A stretch of DNA of 64,000 nucleotides from Eubacterium sp. (GCA_017406925.1 JAFQXO010000009.1:28754-92753); one strand, 5' to 3'. Positions 26,829 to 37,594 are shown, counted from the first letter of the stretch. Notes: a model not told the origin generated them from the letters alone. Numbers and translations: made by a program.

Positions 26829-28727
26829 ATGAATCGCTACAAAATTACAGCAGACGATTGTTATATGTTTGGTAAAGGTACCAACTATGAAATCTACGAG
26901 AAACTTGGCGCACACGCCACAACCGTAGATGGAAAGAAGGGTGTCTATTTTGCTGTGTGGGCTCCACACGCTGTTGATGTTGCGGTTATAGGAGACTTTA
27001 ACGATTGGATAGAGATGGACGCTGGCATGAAGATGGAGAACGACTCCGGAATATGGGAGAAGTTCGTTCCATATGCGAAAGTCGGCGACATGTATAAGTT
27101 TGTCATCATTACTAAGGATGGTGAGAAACTTTACAAGGCAGATCCGTTTGCAAACTGGGCGGAACTTCGCCCTGGAACTGCATCGAGAGTTGCAAATATC
27201 AATGGATATAGATGGAAAGATAAGGAGTGGATAGAAAAGAAGGCTCACGAGAATCACTACGAGCAACCTATGTCTATCTACGAGTGCCATATCGGATCTT
27301 GGAAGAAGGATTTCCAGGGTCCAGAGGATGAAGATGGTTTTTACGACTACAGAAGACTAGCCGATGAGTTGGTTAAGTATGTGGTTGATATGGGATATAC
27401 GCACGTTGAGTTGATGGGTATCTTAGAGCATCCTTTCGACGGCTCTTGGGGTTATCAGGTTACAGGTTATTATGCACCTACATCGCGCTATGGCGAGCCA
27501 AAGGACTTTATGTATCTTATTGATTCATTCCATGCAGCAGGTATAGCGGTTATCTTGGATTGGGTACCAGCTCACTTCCCAAGAGATGCTCATGGTTTAT
27601 CATTATTTGACGGCGAGCCACTTTACGAATACGCAGATACTAGACTCGGAGAGCATCCTGACTGGGGAACAAAAGTTTTCGACTTCTCAAAGACAGAGGT
27701 TGTAAACTTTCTCATTGCGAATGCATTGTTCTGGGTTGAAAAATATCATATCGATGGTCTTCGTGTTGACGCGGTCGCGTCAATGTTATACAGAGACTAC
27801 GGCAGAGAAGATGGACAGTGGGTTCCAAATAAAGATGGCGGAAATGAAAATTATGAAGCTATCGAATTCTTTAAGCACTTAGGTTCTGTAATGAACTACA
27901 GAAACCCAAGAGCCTACATCATTGCCGAGGAATCGACGGCATGGCCAAATGTGACTAAGTCGGCAGACGAGGGTGGACTTGGATTCTCATATAAGTGGAA
28001 TATGGGTTGGATGCACGACTTCCTTGAGTACACGAAACTCGATCCACTTTTCAAAAAAGGAAATCACAACAAGATGACTTTCGGTTTGACGTATTGCTTC
28101 AGCGAGAACTTTATTCTAGTGCTCTCGCATGATGAGGTAGTACATCTCAAGTGCTCAATGCTTGAGAAGATGCCGGGTTATCCATCAGATAAATGTAAAA
28201 ACTTAAAGACGGCATACACATTTATGTTCGGTCATCCTGGACGCAAGCTTCTCTTTATGGGACAGGAGTTCGCGCAACTTCAGGAGTGGTCTGAAAAACG
28301 CTCGCTCGACTGGTACTTGCTAGAGGAGGATGAGCATAAGGATATGCAAGAGTATGTCAGCAAACTTTTGAAATTCTACAAGAAGTTGCCAGCGATGCAC
28401 ACAGAGACTCGTGGATATGGTGCTTTTGAGTGGATAAATGCTGACGACAATGACAGAAGTATTTACAGTTTTATGCGACACACGACTGAGAAGAATTACA
28501 AGAACTCGCTCGGTTTCGTATTTAACTTTACGCCTATGGACCGCCCTGACTATGCAGTTGGCGTGCCAAAGGCTGGAACATACACTCGCATTCTCACAAC
28601 TGAGACTGGCGAGAAAGTTGAGAAAAAATATAAGGCTATCAAGTCGGAGTGTGACGGTTTTGAATATCGCTTAGAGTTTCCTCTAAGACCATTCGAATCT
28701 GTTATTTTCAAATTTCCATCTAGATAG
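26829..28727 (+). CDS. glgB: 1,4-alpha-glucan branching enzyme
   Basis: FAVWAP, SWGYQ, LDWVPAHF, DGLRVDAV, IAEES, SHDEV. Confidence 0.97.
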   Translation: MNRYKITADDCYMFGKGTNYEIYEKLGAHATTVDGKKGVYFAVWAPHAVDVAVIGDFNDWIEMDAGMKMENDSGIWEKFVPYAKVGDMYKFVIITKDGEKLYKADPFANWAELRPGTASRVANINGYRWKDKEWIEKKAHENHYEQPMSIYECHIGSWKKDFQGPEDEDGFYDYRRLADELVKYVVDMGYTHVELMGILEHPFDGSWGYQVTGYYAPTSRYGEPKDFMYLIDSFHAAGIAVILDWVPAHFPRDAHGLSLFDGEPLYEYADTRLGEHPDWGTKVFDFSKTEVVNFLIANALFWVEKYHIDGLRVDAVASMLYRDYGREDGQWVPNKDGGNENYEAIEFFKHLGSVMNYRNPRAYIIAEESTAWPNVTKSADEGGLGFSYKWNMGWMHDFLEYTKLDPLFKKGNHNKMTFGLTYCFSENFILVLSHDEVVHLKCSMLEKMPGYPSDKCKNLKTAYTFMFGHPGRKLLFMGQEFAQLQEWSEKRSLDWYLLEEDEHKDMQEYVSKLLKFYKKLPAMHTETRGYGAFEWINADDNDRSIYSFMRHTTEKNYKNSLGFVFNFTPMDRPDYAVGVPKAGTYTRILTTETGEKVEKKYKAIKSECDGFEYRLEFPLRPFESVIFKFPSR

Positions 28728-28771
28728 TAGTGGATGAGGCCGGCATTGGCTTCGCCAATATAAAGGAAGAT

Positions 28772-30895
28772 ATGGAAGACAAGAAGAAGAGAAGAATAAT
28801 CATCATATGTATAATCGCTGTGCTCATCGTAGCGCTTGTTTTTGGTATTCTCTGGCAAATCGGAAGTAGGATGCAGAAGCCTACCGCACTTCAGTCGAAG
28901 GCTGTTACTGCTGACGTGCCGGTGATGAATAGTTATTACAATGGCGAGGGAATCGGAACGATTACTGGATATACAAATGAACTCGACACAGAGAAAGTGC
29001 GCGATGTCATCATTTTGATTTCGCCTCAGCGCCAGACAGAGATTAAGATAGACAATAAGGGTAACAAGATTGAAAATATCAAGTATGAGTTAAAGAACAC
29101 GACGAACGACAACTTGATTGATTCGGGTGACGTGGATGACTTGAAACAGAACGACAAGAGCAGTTCATTTACATACACGGCGACGGCGATTATGGAAGTT
29201 GGCGCAGAATATCGCCTAGACTTTATCATCGAGACAAATCAGCATCAGGCGGTTTATTATTATGCCAGGGCAATGGTAATGGATAAGGACATTGTGCCTG
29301 AGCAGATCAAGTTTGCAAAGAAGATTAACGATAGAACATTTAATGAGAAGCAGGTATCTGATCTCGCTGGATACTTAGAGCCAGATCCTAAACTTAGAAA
29401 TGACAACCTGGGAGAGGTTACTCTTCACAATAGTTATACTTGCCTGATTTGGGCTACGATGGCTCCGAAAAAAATAGGCAGTATGAAGACAACGGCGAAG
29501 GAGTTCTACATTACAAACGGAGGTTACTCCGGAACATACACGTTCAATTATCAAATTGAGAATTTAAACGCCGAAGACAACATGGAAAAATTTAACGTCG
29601 CAGAGACCATCACTGTTTGGTCGTACAAGGGACGTCAATACATATTGGGCTTTGACAGAAAGGTGAACCAAATTTGGGAAGCCAATGCTGATAATGTTGG
29701 AAGTAAGTTTATCGACCTTGGAGTTCAGGCAGAAAAAACGATTGGTCATATGGAGAGTCCGAACGAGAAATATCTCACATATGCTATTAATGGTGACGTC
29801 TATGTGATGGATATGCCTGAGAAAAAGGTTACTCCAATCTTCAAACTGAATGCGAAGAGTTACAAACAACTGCAGCAGACGAAGGCTAGAGTGGTAGAGG
29901 TAGACGATCAAGGCAATGTAGATTATATGATCTACGGTTATTCGCCTGCCGACAATCATAAAGGAAGAAACGGAATTTCGATTATGCGCTACAGCGCAAA
30001 AGATAATAAATCGACAGAGAGAGTTTTCATTCCTTGTAGAAACACTGCAGATATTTTGGATATCCAATTGTCAACATTGTGCCACGTCGGAGACGGCACA
30101 CTCTACTTAATGTTAGAAGATGCGATTTACTACGCGAACCTCAGGACACATGAGTGGGGAGTGATAGCAGACGAACTTGAAAATGATAGTTACGCGGTAA
30201 GTGGTGACGGAAGTATTCTCGCTTTCAACACAAATGGCAAAAACAAGAAAGCAGACAGCATCACTGTCATCAATTTGGACTCAGGTAAGAAGCATGTGAT
30301 ACATGCTGACGATGGTGAGTTAATTACTGTGTGTGGATATACGGGAACGAACTTGATTTACGGAACTATAAAGAAAAGCGATGTAGACAAAGTGAACTTC
30401 CTACCAATTAATAAGTTAACGATTCTTGATAAGAATTTTAACGAGACGAAAACATATGAAAAAGAGGGAGTGTTCATCAAAGATATAGAAGTGACGGACA
30501 CAATTATCAATATTAAGAGAAACAAAAATGGAAAAGATATTTCAGACGATCAGCTCTTAGACAATACTAAGCAGGCTGAGGAATCTGTGCAGAGTAGTTT
30601 CTATAAGGATGATGTGAAGTTGAAGGAACTCGCACTCGCCTTTAGAAATCCACTCAATAAAGGGAAAACTGCGGAAGTCGAAAAACAAGGAGAAGTGGAA
30701 TTCATAGACGAAGCGGAAGTAAATACATCACTTGAAAAGTCGAGTGGAAACAGCTTCTATGTTTATGGATATGGCGAACTGCAGGGAATTGTTGGAAACA
30801 AAGCGAAGGCCATTGCCGAGGCAAAGAAATGTACTGGACTTATCGTGGACGGCAAAGGCAAGAAAATTTGGACTATAGAGGACCACTACAAGTAA
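28772..30895 (+). CDS. Membrane-anchored extracellular hypothetical protein, probable beta-propeller region
   Basis: Basic stretch plus single TM; TolB-like blades (SPNEKYLTY, VSGDGSILAF); RBS aaagga before ATG 28772. Confidence 0.65.
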   Translation: MEDKKKRRIIIICIIAVLIVALVFGILWQIGSRMQKPTALQSKAVTADVPVMNSYYNGEGIGTITGYTNELDTEKVRDVIILISPQRQTEIKIDNKGNKIENIKYELKNTTNDNLIDSGDVDDLKQNDKSSSFTYTATAIMEVGAEYRLDFIIETNQHQAVYYYARAMVMDKDIVPEQIKFAKKINDRTFNEKQVSDLAGYLEPDPKLRNDNLGEVTLHNSYTCLIWATMAPKKIGSMKTTAKEFYITNGGYSGTYTFNYQIENLNAEDNMEKFNVAETITVWSYKGRQYILGFDRKVNQIWEANADNVGSKFIDLGVQAEKTIGHMESPNEKYLTYAINGDVYVMDMPEKKVTPIFKLNAKSYKQLQQTKARVVEVDDQGNVDYMIYGYSPADNHKGRNGISIMRYSAKDNKSTERVFIPCRNTADILDIQLSTLCHVGDGTLYLMLEDAIYYANLRTHEWGVIADELENDSYAVSGDGSILAFNTNGKNKKADSITVINLDSGKKHVIHADDGELITVCGYTGTNLIYGTIKKSDVDKVNFLPINKLTILDKNFNETKTYEKEGVFIKDIEVTDTIINIKRNKNGKDISDDQLLDNTKQAEESVQSSFYKDDVKLKELALAFRNPLNKGKTAEVEKQGEVEFIDEAEVNTSLEKSSGNSFYVYGYGELQGIVGNKAKAIAEAKKCTGLIVDGKGKKIWTIEDHYK

Positions 30896-30904
30896 GGAGG
30901 ATAT

Positions 30905-31969
30905 ATGCGTTTTATTCATACGGCGGATATTCACCTGGGTGCTACCCCGGAGAATCAGCATGAGTGGGCAAAGGATCGCGCAGATGAATTGTGGAACACA
31001 TTTGAGCGATTGATTAAGCAAATTAAAGAGAAGCCAGTTGATATGTTAATTATCGCCGGCGACCTTTTTCATCGTCAACCATTGCTCAGAGAGATAAAGG
31101 AAGTCGATTATCTATTTTCGACTATCCCAACGACTAAGGTCGTGCTCTGTGCGGGTAATCACGACTTCATAAAGAAGGGTTCGTTCTACGATGGTTACGA
31201 GTGGAGCGAAAACGTGATTTTCTTGAATGGTAAAAATGTTGAGAAAGTTGAGATTCCTGAATTGAACACAGCAGTTTATGGACTCAGCTATTATTCGAGA
31301 GAAATTACGGATTCGATGTACGACAATGTAATCGTAGAGAATCCTGAAATGATAAATATTCTGGTAGCTCACGGTGGAGATGAAAAGCACATCCCTATGA
31401 ACCGTCAGCGTATGGCTATGTCAGGTTTTGATTACACAGCCATCGGCCATATTCACAAGCCATTCGTCGATGAAGATGCGAAGATGGCTTACTGCGGCTC
31501 CCTAGAGCCAATAGATGTTAATGAGACAGGTGATCGCGGTTATATTTACGGCGAGGTTACAAAGAATGAGTTGAAACTCGAGTTTGTACCATTTGCAAAG
31601 CGCATATATATCGACCTAGATTTCACAGTTACACCTGACTCAACAAATATGGAAATCAAACAACGACTTGAGGAAGTGTATGAGGAGAATGGTGTGGACA
31701 ATATGTACCGCATTACTTTCACAGGATACAGAGACCCTGAGTTTGAGATTGATGAGAAGGAAGTTGAGCGCAGTGGCAATGTCACTGGTATTATTGACCA
31801 GACAGTGCCAGATTATGACTTCCAAGATTTGTATGAAGACAATAAAGATAACATCTTAGGATTGTTTATTTATAGGTATCTAATAAAGGATGAACTAAGT
31901 GAAACTGAACAGAAGACACTTTATTACGGAACGAAAGCATTAATGGATGCTATGGAGGATGTAGAATGA
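30905..31969 (+). CDS. YhaO/SbcD/Mre11-like metallophosphoesterase
   Basis: HTADIHLG, AGDLFH, GNHD, GHIH motifs. Confidence 0.9.
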   Translation: MRFIHTADIHLGATPENQHEWAKDRADELWNTFERLIKQIKEKPVDMLIIAGDLFHRQPLLREIKEVDYLFSTIPTTKVVLCAGNHDFIKKGSFYDGYEWSENVIFLNGKNVEKVEIPELNTAVYGLSYYSREITDSMYDNVIVENPEMINILVAHGGDEKHIPMNRQRMAMSGFDYTAIGHIHKPFVDEDAKMAYCGSLEPIDVNETGDRGYIYGEVTKNELKLEFVPFAKRIYIDLDFTVTPDSTNMEIKQRLEEVYEENGVDNMYRITFTGYRDPEFEIDEKEVERSGNVTGIIDQTVPDYDFQDLYEDNKDNILGLFIYRYLIKDELSETEQKTLYYGTKALMDAMEDVE

Positions 31970-33876
31970 TTATCAAGCAATTAGAATTAACTCACTTCGG
32001 AAAATTTAATAACGAAGTCGTAGAGTTTAAACCGGGCATGAACATCATCTATGGTGAGAACGAGGCTGGAAAAACTACCATCCATACATTTATCCGTGGA
32101 ATGCTGTTCGGAATTGAAAAGCGTCGTGGCAAGGTTACAGACAAGGATATTTATACAAAGTATGAACCTTGGGAAGAGCCTGCCAACTATCAGGGCAAGA
32201 TGCGCATTCAAGAGAATGGTGTGAACTATCGCATCGAGCGTATTTTTGCAAAAGCGAACAAAGACTTCAAAGTAATAAACGAAGATGAGGGAGTAGAACT
32301 AACTGAGAGCGAGATTAGTTCACTCTTTGCAGGACTCGATGAGAGTTGCTATTACAACACGATTAGTATCAGCCAACTTGGCAGCGTGACTGACAAGGAA
32401 TTGGAATCGATACTAAAGAACTACGCTGCCAATCTCGGAGCAACCAAGACGATGGATATCAACATTAAGGGTGCCATCGCAGATTTGGATGCGCAGAGAA
32501 AGGCCATTGCTTCGGAGAAGCAGATTAATCAGGAAGATGTGCTTAAGCATGAGTTGATGAATGCAAGAGACAAACTTGATATTTCTGAAAAGGAACAACA
32601 TACAATCATTGCTGGAATCGAGCAAAAGAAATCTGAACTTGAGAGTATGTCTGAGGAGAAGAGTGAACTTTCAATTAAAGATAAGAAAAGATTTGAAGAA
32701 ATCACGAAGCAAAATGAGCGTAGAGAAAAACTATATCAAGAGAAGATGAATTATAGAGCTGATGTAGATAAGTTTGAGACAGATCTCTATAATGTTCGAG
32801 AAAAGAAAGCTGAACTGGAAGAAAGCTTAAAAGAAGAGGGAATAGAAAACGGCGAAGGACTCGACAGAATTATGACCAAGGTGGTCAAGAGAACTAACTT
32901 CCCAATATTCTTAACTATTCTCACAGTGGCATTCTTTGGCGGAGCCATAGGATTATTTATAGGAAACTATAATGCGATAATGGCAAACCTTGGATTAAAG
33001 ACATTAATCCAGCCACTTATCTGTGTGGGATGTGGAGTGCTGACACTTATAGGAGCCATCATTAGATTTTTCGTAAACAAGAAAAACAAGAATAAGCGTC
33101 TCGAGGAAATCAAGGAACTGCGAAAAGTTATCGAGCAATATGAGGCGGTTAAGCATGAAGAGGCTTATATGGAGCGACAGCACAAGGCTAAGTCTGATGC
33201 TTTGAATAAGACTATCATCCTTATGAAGCACGAGGAAGAAAACGAGATAGAGACTAATGAGTATAGTAAGGAACTAGAAGTGCTTGAGACTAAGGAGAGA
33301 GACTTGAGAGAGGGCATTTCTAAGAGTCAGTGGATGATTGAGCAGAAGCAGGAGAGAGACATCGAGACTCGCCGCGCTATCAAGGAATGCAAGGAAAAAC
33401 TCATTGAGATTGGAAAGGCTAAGCAAGAAATCGAAGCCATAGAGGAAGCGAAGGCAAGCATCGAGGAGATTGCCACAGACATTCGAAATAACTTCGGAAA
33501 GAAGTTAAATGAGCGCGCTTCTTACTACATGGAGCAGATTACTAATGGTAAGTATGACAGCGTTGTGATCGATGGCAAGTTGAACATTTCAATCAACAGC
33601 AAACACTCGCTCATTCCTTCAGGAAAACTCAGTAAGGGAACAGTGGAGCAAGTTTATATGTCACTTCGACTTGCGGCAGCAGATATTATCTTTAGCGAGC
33701 ATCCTATGCCTATCCTTTTGGATGATGCATTCGCAATGTATGACAACAAGCGAATGGGTAACACAATGAGGTTTATGGCGACAGGAATGCAGCAGACTAT
33801 TATGTTCTCATGTCATACGCGTGAGAAAGTAATGGCAGACAGATTGGGTATAGATTACAACTTAATCAAACTATAA
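31966..33876 (+). CDS. YhaN-like Rad50/SMC-family ATPase with internal TM helices
   Basis: FGKF, Walker A GENEAGKT, coiled coils, LSKGT signature, LLDDAF Walker B, SCH; ATGA overlap with upstream gene. Confidence 0.88.
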   Translation: MIIKQLELTHFGKFNNEVVEFKPGMNIIYGENEAGKTTIHTFIRGMLFGIEKRRGKVTDKDIYTKYEPWEEPANYQGKMRIQENGVNYRIERIFAKANKDFKVINEDEGVELTESEISSLFAGLDESCYYNTISISQLGSVTDKELESILKNYAANLGATKTMDINIKGAIADLDAQRKAIASEKQINQEDVLKHELMNARDKLDISEKEQHTIIAGIEQKKSELESMSEEKSELSIKDKKRFEEITKQNERREKLYQEKMNYRADVDKFETDLYNVREKKAELEESLKEEGIENGEGLDRIMTKVVKRTNFPIFLTILTVAFFGGAIGLFIGNYNAIMANLGLKTLIQPLICVGCGVLTLIGAIIRFFVNKKNKNKRLEEIKELRKVIEQYEAVKHEEAYMERQHKAKSDALNKTIILMKHEEENEIETNEYSKELEVLETKERDLREGISKSQWMIEQKQERDIETRRAIKECKEKLIEIGKAKQEIEAIEEAKASIEEIATDIRNNFGKKLNERASYYMEQITNGKYDSVVIDGKLNISINSKHSLIPSGKLSKGTVEQVYMSLRLAAADIIFSEHPMPILLDDAFAMYDNKRMGNTMRFMATGMQQTIMFSCHTREKVMADRLGIDYNLIKL

Positions 33877-33905
33877 AATAGATACCTAATTTAAAATATC
33901 GCACA

Positions 33906-33934
33906 TTGTGAATAGATATCAAAAAAAGTAGAAT
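33906..33934 (+). promoter_or_regulatory. Orphan sigma-A promoter between convergent genes
   Basis: TTGTGA-17-TAGAAT. Confidence 0.55.
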
Positions 33935-33940
33935 AATAGA

Positions 33941-34046
33941 AGGAATAAGTACCTTTGAAAATGACACATAAGCAAGGATTCTTGCGAATTGTTTTCATTT
34001 TTTCTTGGGCTAGATGCTATGATACAGTGTCTAGCCTCTTTTTTTT
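33941..34046 (+). ncRNA. Candidate ~105-nt small RNA
   Basis: Lies between the promoter above and an 11-bp terminator stem (34008-34036) with T run; internal stem-loop 33956-33997; no substantial ORF. Confidence 0.45.
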
Positions 34047-34062
34047 ATCCAATAATTAAGCA

Positions 34063-34119
34063 CAAAAAAGAGGACTGGCCTCCGACATGTTAACACATGT
34101 CGGGTTAGCCAATCCTCTA
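34063..34119 (-). terminator. Terminator of the dnaD-dnaC-prs unit
   Basis: Long stem agagga..ccgacatgt/acatgtcgg..tcctct followed by T run on the minus strand. Confidence 0.8.
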
Positions 34120-34135
34120 TATTTATAACTAAAGG

Positions 34136-35302
34136 CTATTTGTTTACGTACTCATCCACTACTTTGTTAATCTTTTCAACTGGGTTCAAAAGATCACTGA
34201 TAGATGAATCATGATTCAATCTGTCGATGAAAGTAGCAGTAAACTTCGAAACGTCTACGTTAATGTACCATTCTCTGCTCTTAAGCTCTGGTGACTGGTA
34301 GATACAGTTAGTAGAAAGCAAACGATAGATGGTTCCATCTTCGTAAGCAGCATCGAACTTGTCCAATCCATTGGTAAAAATACCAAACGTAACAGCGACG
34401 AACACTCTTCGAGCTTTACGCTTCTTAAGTTGCCTTGCTACATCGAGCATGCTGTCACCAGATGAAATCATATCATCGATGATAAGCACGTCTTTTCCCT
34501 CTACCGATTCACCTAGGTACTCGTGCGCCACAATCGGATTACGACCGTCGATTACTTGAGTGTAATCACGACGCTTGTAGAACATACCCATATTGATGCC
34601 AAGGACGTTGGCGAAGTAGACTACTCGTCCCATAGCGCCTTCGTCTGGTGAAATTACCATAAGGTGATCAGCATCGATTGTTAGGTCATCCACGTTTCTA
34701 AGTAAGTACTTGATAAACTGGTATGTTGGCATAATAGACTCAAAACCTGTTAGAGGTATTGCGTTGTTGACTCTAGGGTCGTGGGCATCGAATGTGAGTA
34801 TATTATCCACTCCCATGTCCGCGAGTTCCTGAAGCATAACCGCGCAGTCCATAGATTCCCTTGCCAAACGTCTATGCTGTCTGCTCTCATATAGGAAAGG
34901 CATAATAACAGTAATACGCTTTGGCTTGCCGGCTGCCGCAGCAATCACACGCTTTATATCAGCGAAGTGATCGTCAGGTGACAAGTGGTTTGTGTGTCCT
35001 GCAACTGTATACTCAACGCTGTAATTTGTTACATCGTCGATAATATAAAGATCAGTTCCGCGCACTGAAGATTCCAGTGTACACTTGGACTCACCTGTTC
35101 CAAATCGTGGGTTAGAGTAATCAAGGAGATAAGTGTCTTTGTTATAACCCTTAAAAGTTATAGGCGACTCTTTAGCCTCCAAGCGCTCCTTACGCCACTC
35201 TTTGATGTACATGTCAACCTCGTTACCTAAGGCTTTACTGCCTGATAGTGCAACTATAGCCAGCGACCCCACAGGTATTGATTCAACATACTTTTTAGCC
35301 AT
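34136..35302 (-). CDS. prs: Ribose-phosphate pyrophosphokinase (long form)
   Basis: RFGTGE, MPFLYESRQ, FDAH, ISPDEGA, IIDDMISSG. Confidence 0.93.
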   Translation of the reverse strand: MAKKYVESIPVGSLAIVALSGSKALGNEVDMYIKEWRKERLEAKESPITFKGYNKDTYLLDYSNPRFGTGESKCTLESSVRGTDLYIIDDVTNYSVEYTVAGHTNHLSPDDHFADIKRVIAAAAGKPKRITVIMPFLYESRQHRRLARESMDCAVMLQELADMGVDNILTFDAHDPRVNNAIPLTGFESIMPTYQFIKYLLRNVDDLTIDADHLMVISPDEGAMGRVVYFANVLGINMGMFYKRRDYTQVIDGRNPIVAHEYLGESVEGKDVLIIDDMISSGDSMLDVARQLKKRKARRVFVAVTFGIFTNGLDKFDAAYEDGTIYRLLSTNCIYQSPELKSREWYINVDVSKFTATFIDRLNHDSSISDLLNPVEKINKVVDEYVNK

Positions 35303-35320
35303 TAGTTTCTCCTCCGTAAA

Positions 35321-36301
35321 TTATTTTTTTCTTCTTATATCATCACCAAAAATCTTGAAAAATTTATACTCGCCAATCGCTCTAGAGAAAATACGATCGT
35401 TGTAAGTATCGAACAATTCCTCAAGTGAAAGGTTTGTAGAAATCAGTGTAGATTTCTGATGCAATAAGCGTTCATTCATGCAGTTAAATAAACATGAGTC
35501 TGTAAATGAATTTTGGACCTCAGTTCCGAGGTCATCTATGACGAGTAAATCGCAGTTCATAATGTCATAAGATGATACCTCGTTGTAAGCGGTCTCATTA
35601 TCTCTTCCAAAAGTATGGTTTGCCATCAACTCAAAGAATTGAATAGCAGGAAGATAGATGACCGAATATGATTGGTCCAAAAGTTCCTTTGTAATGCAGT
35701 TAATCAGGAAAGTTTTTCCCGTCCCAGCCATACCATAGAAGAGTAGATTGGAGTGGTCCTTATCAAAATCATTGATAAATTCCTTACTCGATGCCACTAC
35801 ATTCTTGATATTTTCAAGAGCCGACATATTCGTAGCTTCGTCTATCACATCGTCAGAGTAGTAGTCGAAGTTAAATGTTGCAAAATTTTCTTTCTGCAAA
35901 ATGTCGGATAGTTGGCTGTTTGTGTAGAGCATCTTGGAAATTTCCTCTTCCCTACACTTGCAAGATTCGCCATTTACGTAGCCAGTATCCTTGCAAATCT
36001 GGCAGTGGTAGATATCGTCTAAGTAGTCAGCCGAGTAACCTCCCGCGAGAAGTAGAGCCTCACGCTGCTTTGCGATATCAGATAGAGTTTTGTCGAGACC
36101 CTCCATTGCGGATGCATCCCCACTTAGGGATCTTCTGGCTGCATCCGCAGCCAATGTTGCAGCCTTGTCATTTAGTTCACCAATTTCTGGAATAGCATCG
36201 TAGACTTCAGCGCGTCTGCGATCCATCTCTATTTGGTTTTCCAAACGGCGATTTTCGAATATTCCATCGATGTAATCCGCCTGACTTTTGGTTATAGCCA
36301 T
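35321..36301 (-). CDS. DnaC/DnaI-like helicase loader ATPase
   Basis: CQICKDTG..CKC Zn motif, GMAGTGKT, LLVIDDLGTE, ISTNL, RIFSR. Confidence 0.9.
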   Translation of the reverse strand: MAITKSQADYIDGIFENRRLENQIEMDRRRAEVYDAIPEIGELNDKAATLAADAARRSLSGDASAMEGLDKTLSDIAKQREALLLAGGYSADYLDDIYHCQICKDTGYVNGESCKCREEEISKMLYTNSQLSDILQKENFATFNFDYYSDDVIDEATNMSALENIKNVVASSKEFINDFDKDHSNLLFYGMAGTGKTFLINCITKELLDQSYSVIYLPAIQFFELMANHTFGRDNETAYNEVSSYDIMNCDLLVIDDLGTEVQNSFTDSCLFNCMNERLLHQKSTLISTNLSLEELFDTYNDRIFSRAIGEYKFFKIFGDDIRRKK

Positions 36302-36343
36302 TACCCAAAACTCCTATATATATTAGTAAATAAAAACAAAGAA

Positions 36344-37462
36344 CTATTTTTTGTTTTTGTCGAGAAGTTCATTCTCAACTTTGTCGAAGTCATACTTATG
36401 TGACAAAATTTTTTTCTGACGTCGTCTTTTGTTGTGACTCTTATGACGTGGGCCCCCGACAGTCTTACTGTCGGCTTTAGATGAAGAGTCGGCCTTAGCC
36501 TGCTTATGTTCCTCATCTAACTGGGCCACATCATCAAGAGTATGCGCTCCCTTATTGAGCCAAGCACTGAGTATCGAATCAGTGTACTCGAAGCTACTAG
36601 AATGAGTGTGTGTCATCGTGCGGTTGCATGCTTCCACAATCATCTCCTCGGAAAACTTGTAATCATCTGACCACTTGTTTACGAAGGCTACATCATGCTT
36701 GACAGGAACTTTCGAATCAATGCCGAATGTTCTGTAGACACTCTGTAGGATTTTCGTATGAAGCTTTCCGTAGGCTTTGGCGTCTTCTTCCGTGACGATT
36801 CCTTTTTGCACAAACTCTATAGCTTTCTCCTCGACAGAATGCAATGACTTCGAACCTTGCGACATGTAAGTTTCCATCAAATAAATGATGAAATCGCTAT
36901 CGAGTCCTAGACCCTCTAGCATATAAAGAAGAGAAGCCATGTCGTTTGGTGTTAGCGGTCTGCCAAGATAGGTTTGTGTGACAAAATTTAATTCACGTAC
37001 GCGCTCATCTGTGGAAAACTCAACGAGTTCCTTGTCAGAATAGCCGCGTTTTTTTGGAATGACAAAGCCCGATGCTCCAGGTGCAGGTACCGAAATACTT
37101 TCACCTGATGCTTTCGCGAGCATCTGAGTCTCTTCCATCTCCTGTTGTTTAGAAACAACAGTTTCAACCTTGACGCCGGATAGCTTTTGCTCATCGTTAT
37201 AGGCTAACGTGAGCAATTTATGCTTGGCCCAATATTCCAGGGCGCGATAAACGTCTGCTTCTAGTAAACCAAACTGATCTGCAATTGCTTCTGTTGACAG
37301 TTCATCAGAAACTGAATCAGAGTTACTATCCACAAGACGTAATAGGTAAAGATAAACTTTGACAAATTCACCGTTTGCCTGTGGCATATATTCATCTATA
37401 AAAAAGTTTGACACAGAAGTATAGTCTGCACCGCTACCTCTGTCTAAAACTAATTTGCACAT
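36344..37462 (-). CDS. DnaD domain replication protein
   Basis: VSNFFIDEYMPQANGEFVKVYLYL and YTDSILSAW DnaD-type motifs. Confidence 0.88.
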   Translation of the reverse strand: MCKLVLDRGSGADYTSVSNFFIDEYMPQANGEFVKVYLYLLRLVDSNSDSVSDELSTEAIADQFGLLEADVYRALEYWAKHKLLTLAYNDEQKLSGVKVETVVSKQQEMEETQMLAKASGESISVPAPGASGFVIPKKRGYSDKELVEFSTDERVRELNFVTQTYLGRPLTPNDMASLLYMLEGLGLDSDFIIYLMETYMSQGSKSLHSVEEKAIEFVQKGIVTEEDAKAYGKLHTKILQSVYRTFGIDSKVPVKHDVAFVNKWSDDYKFSEEMIVEACNRTMTHTHSSSFEYTDSILSAWLNKGAHTLDDVAQLDEEHKQAKADSSSKADSKTVGGPRHKSHNKRRRQKKILSHKYDFDKVENELLDKNKK

Positions 37463-37594
37463 TCTAAATAATCTCCCTCGCTAGAGAATTGTTCTTTCTA
37501 AATCCCTTAAATCTAGAAAGAGTATAGCACAAAGAAATATAAACGCAAGAGGCCAAACCTCCCAGAACCCCCATATTTACTGGGTTTCAGAGCA

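Noticed and set aside
26742-27290. 182-aa antisense ORF, and the other shadow ORFs in the track such as 43737..44273 and 29564..30067
   Set aside because: They lie opposite or out of frame within well-supported genes and show no recognisable motifs
35321-37462. DnaD/DnaC pair as a prophage or ICE replication module
   Set aside because: Flanked by prs and murC with no phage, integrase or conjugation genes; consistent with chromosomal replication genes
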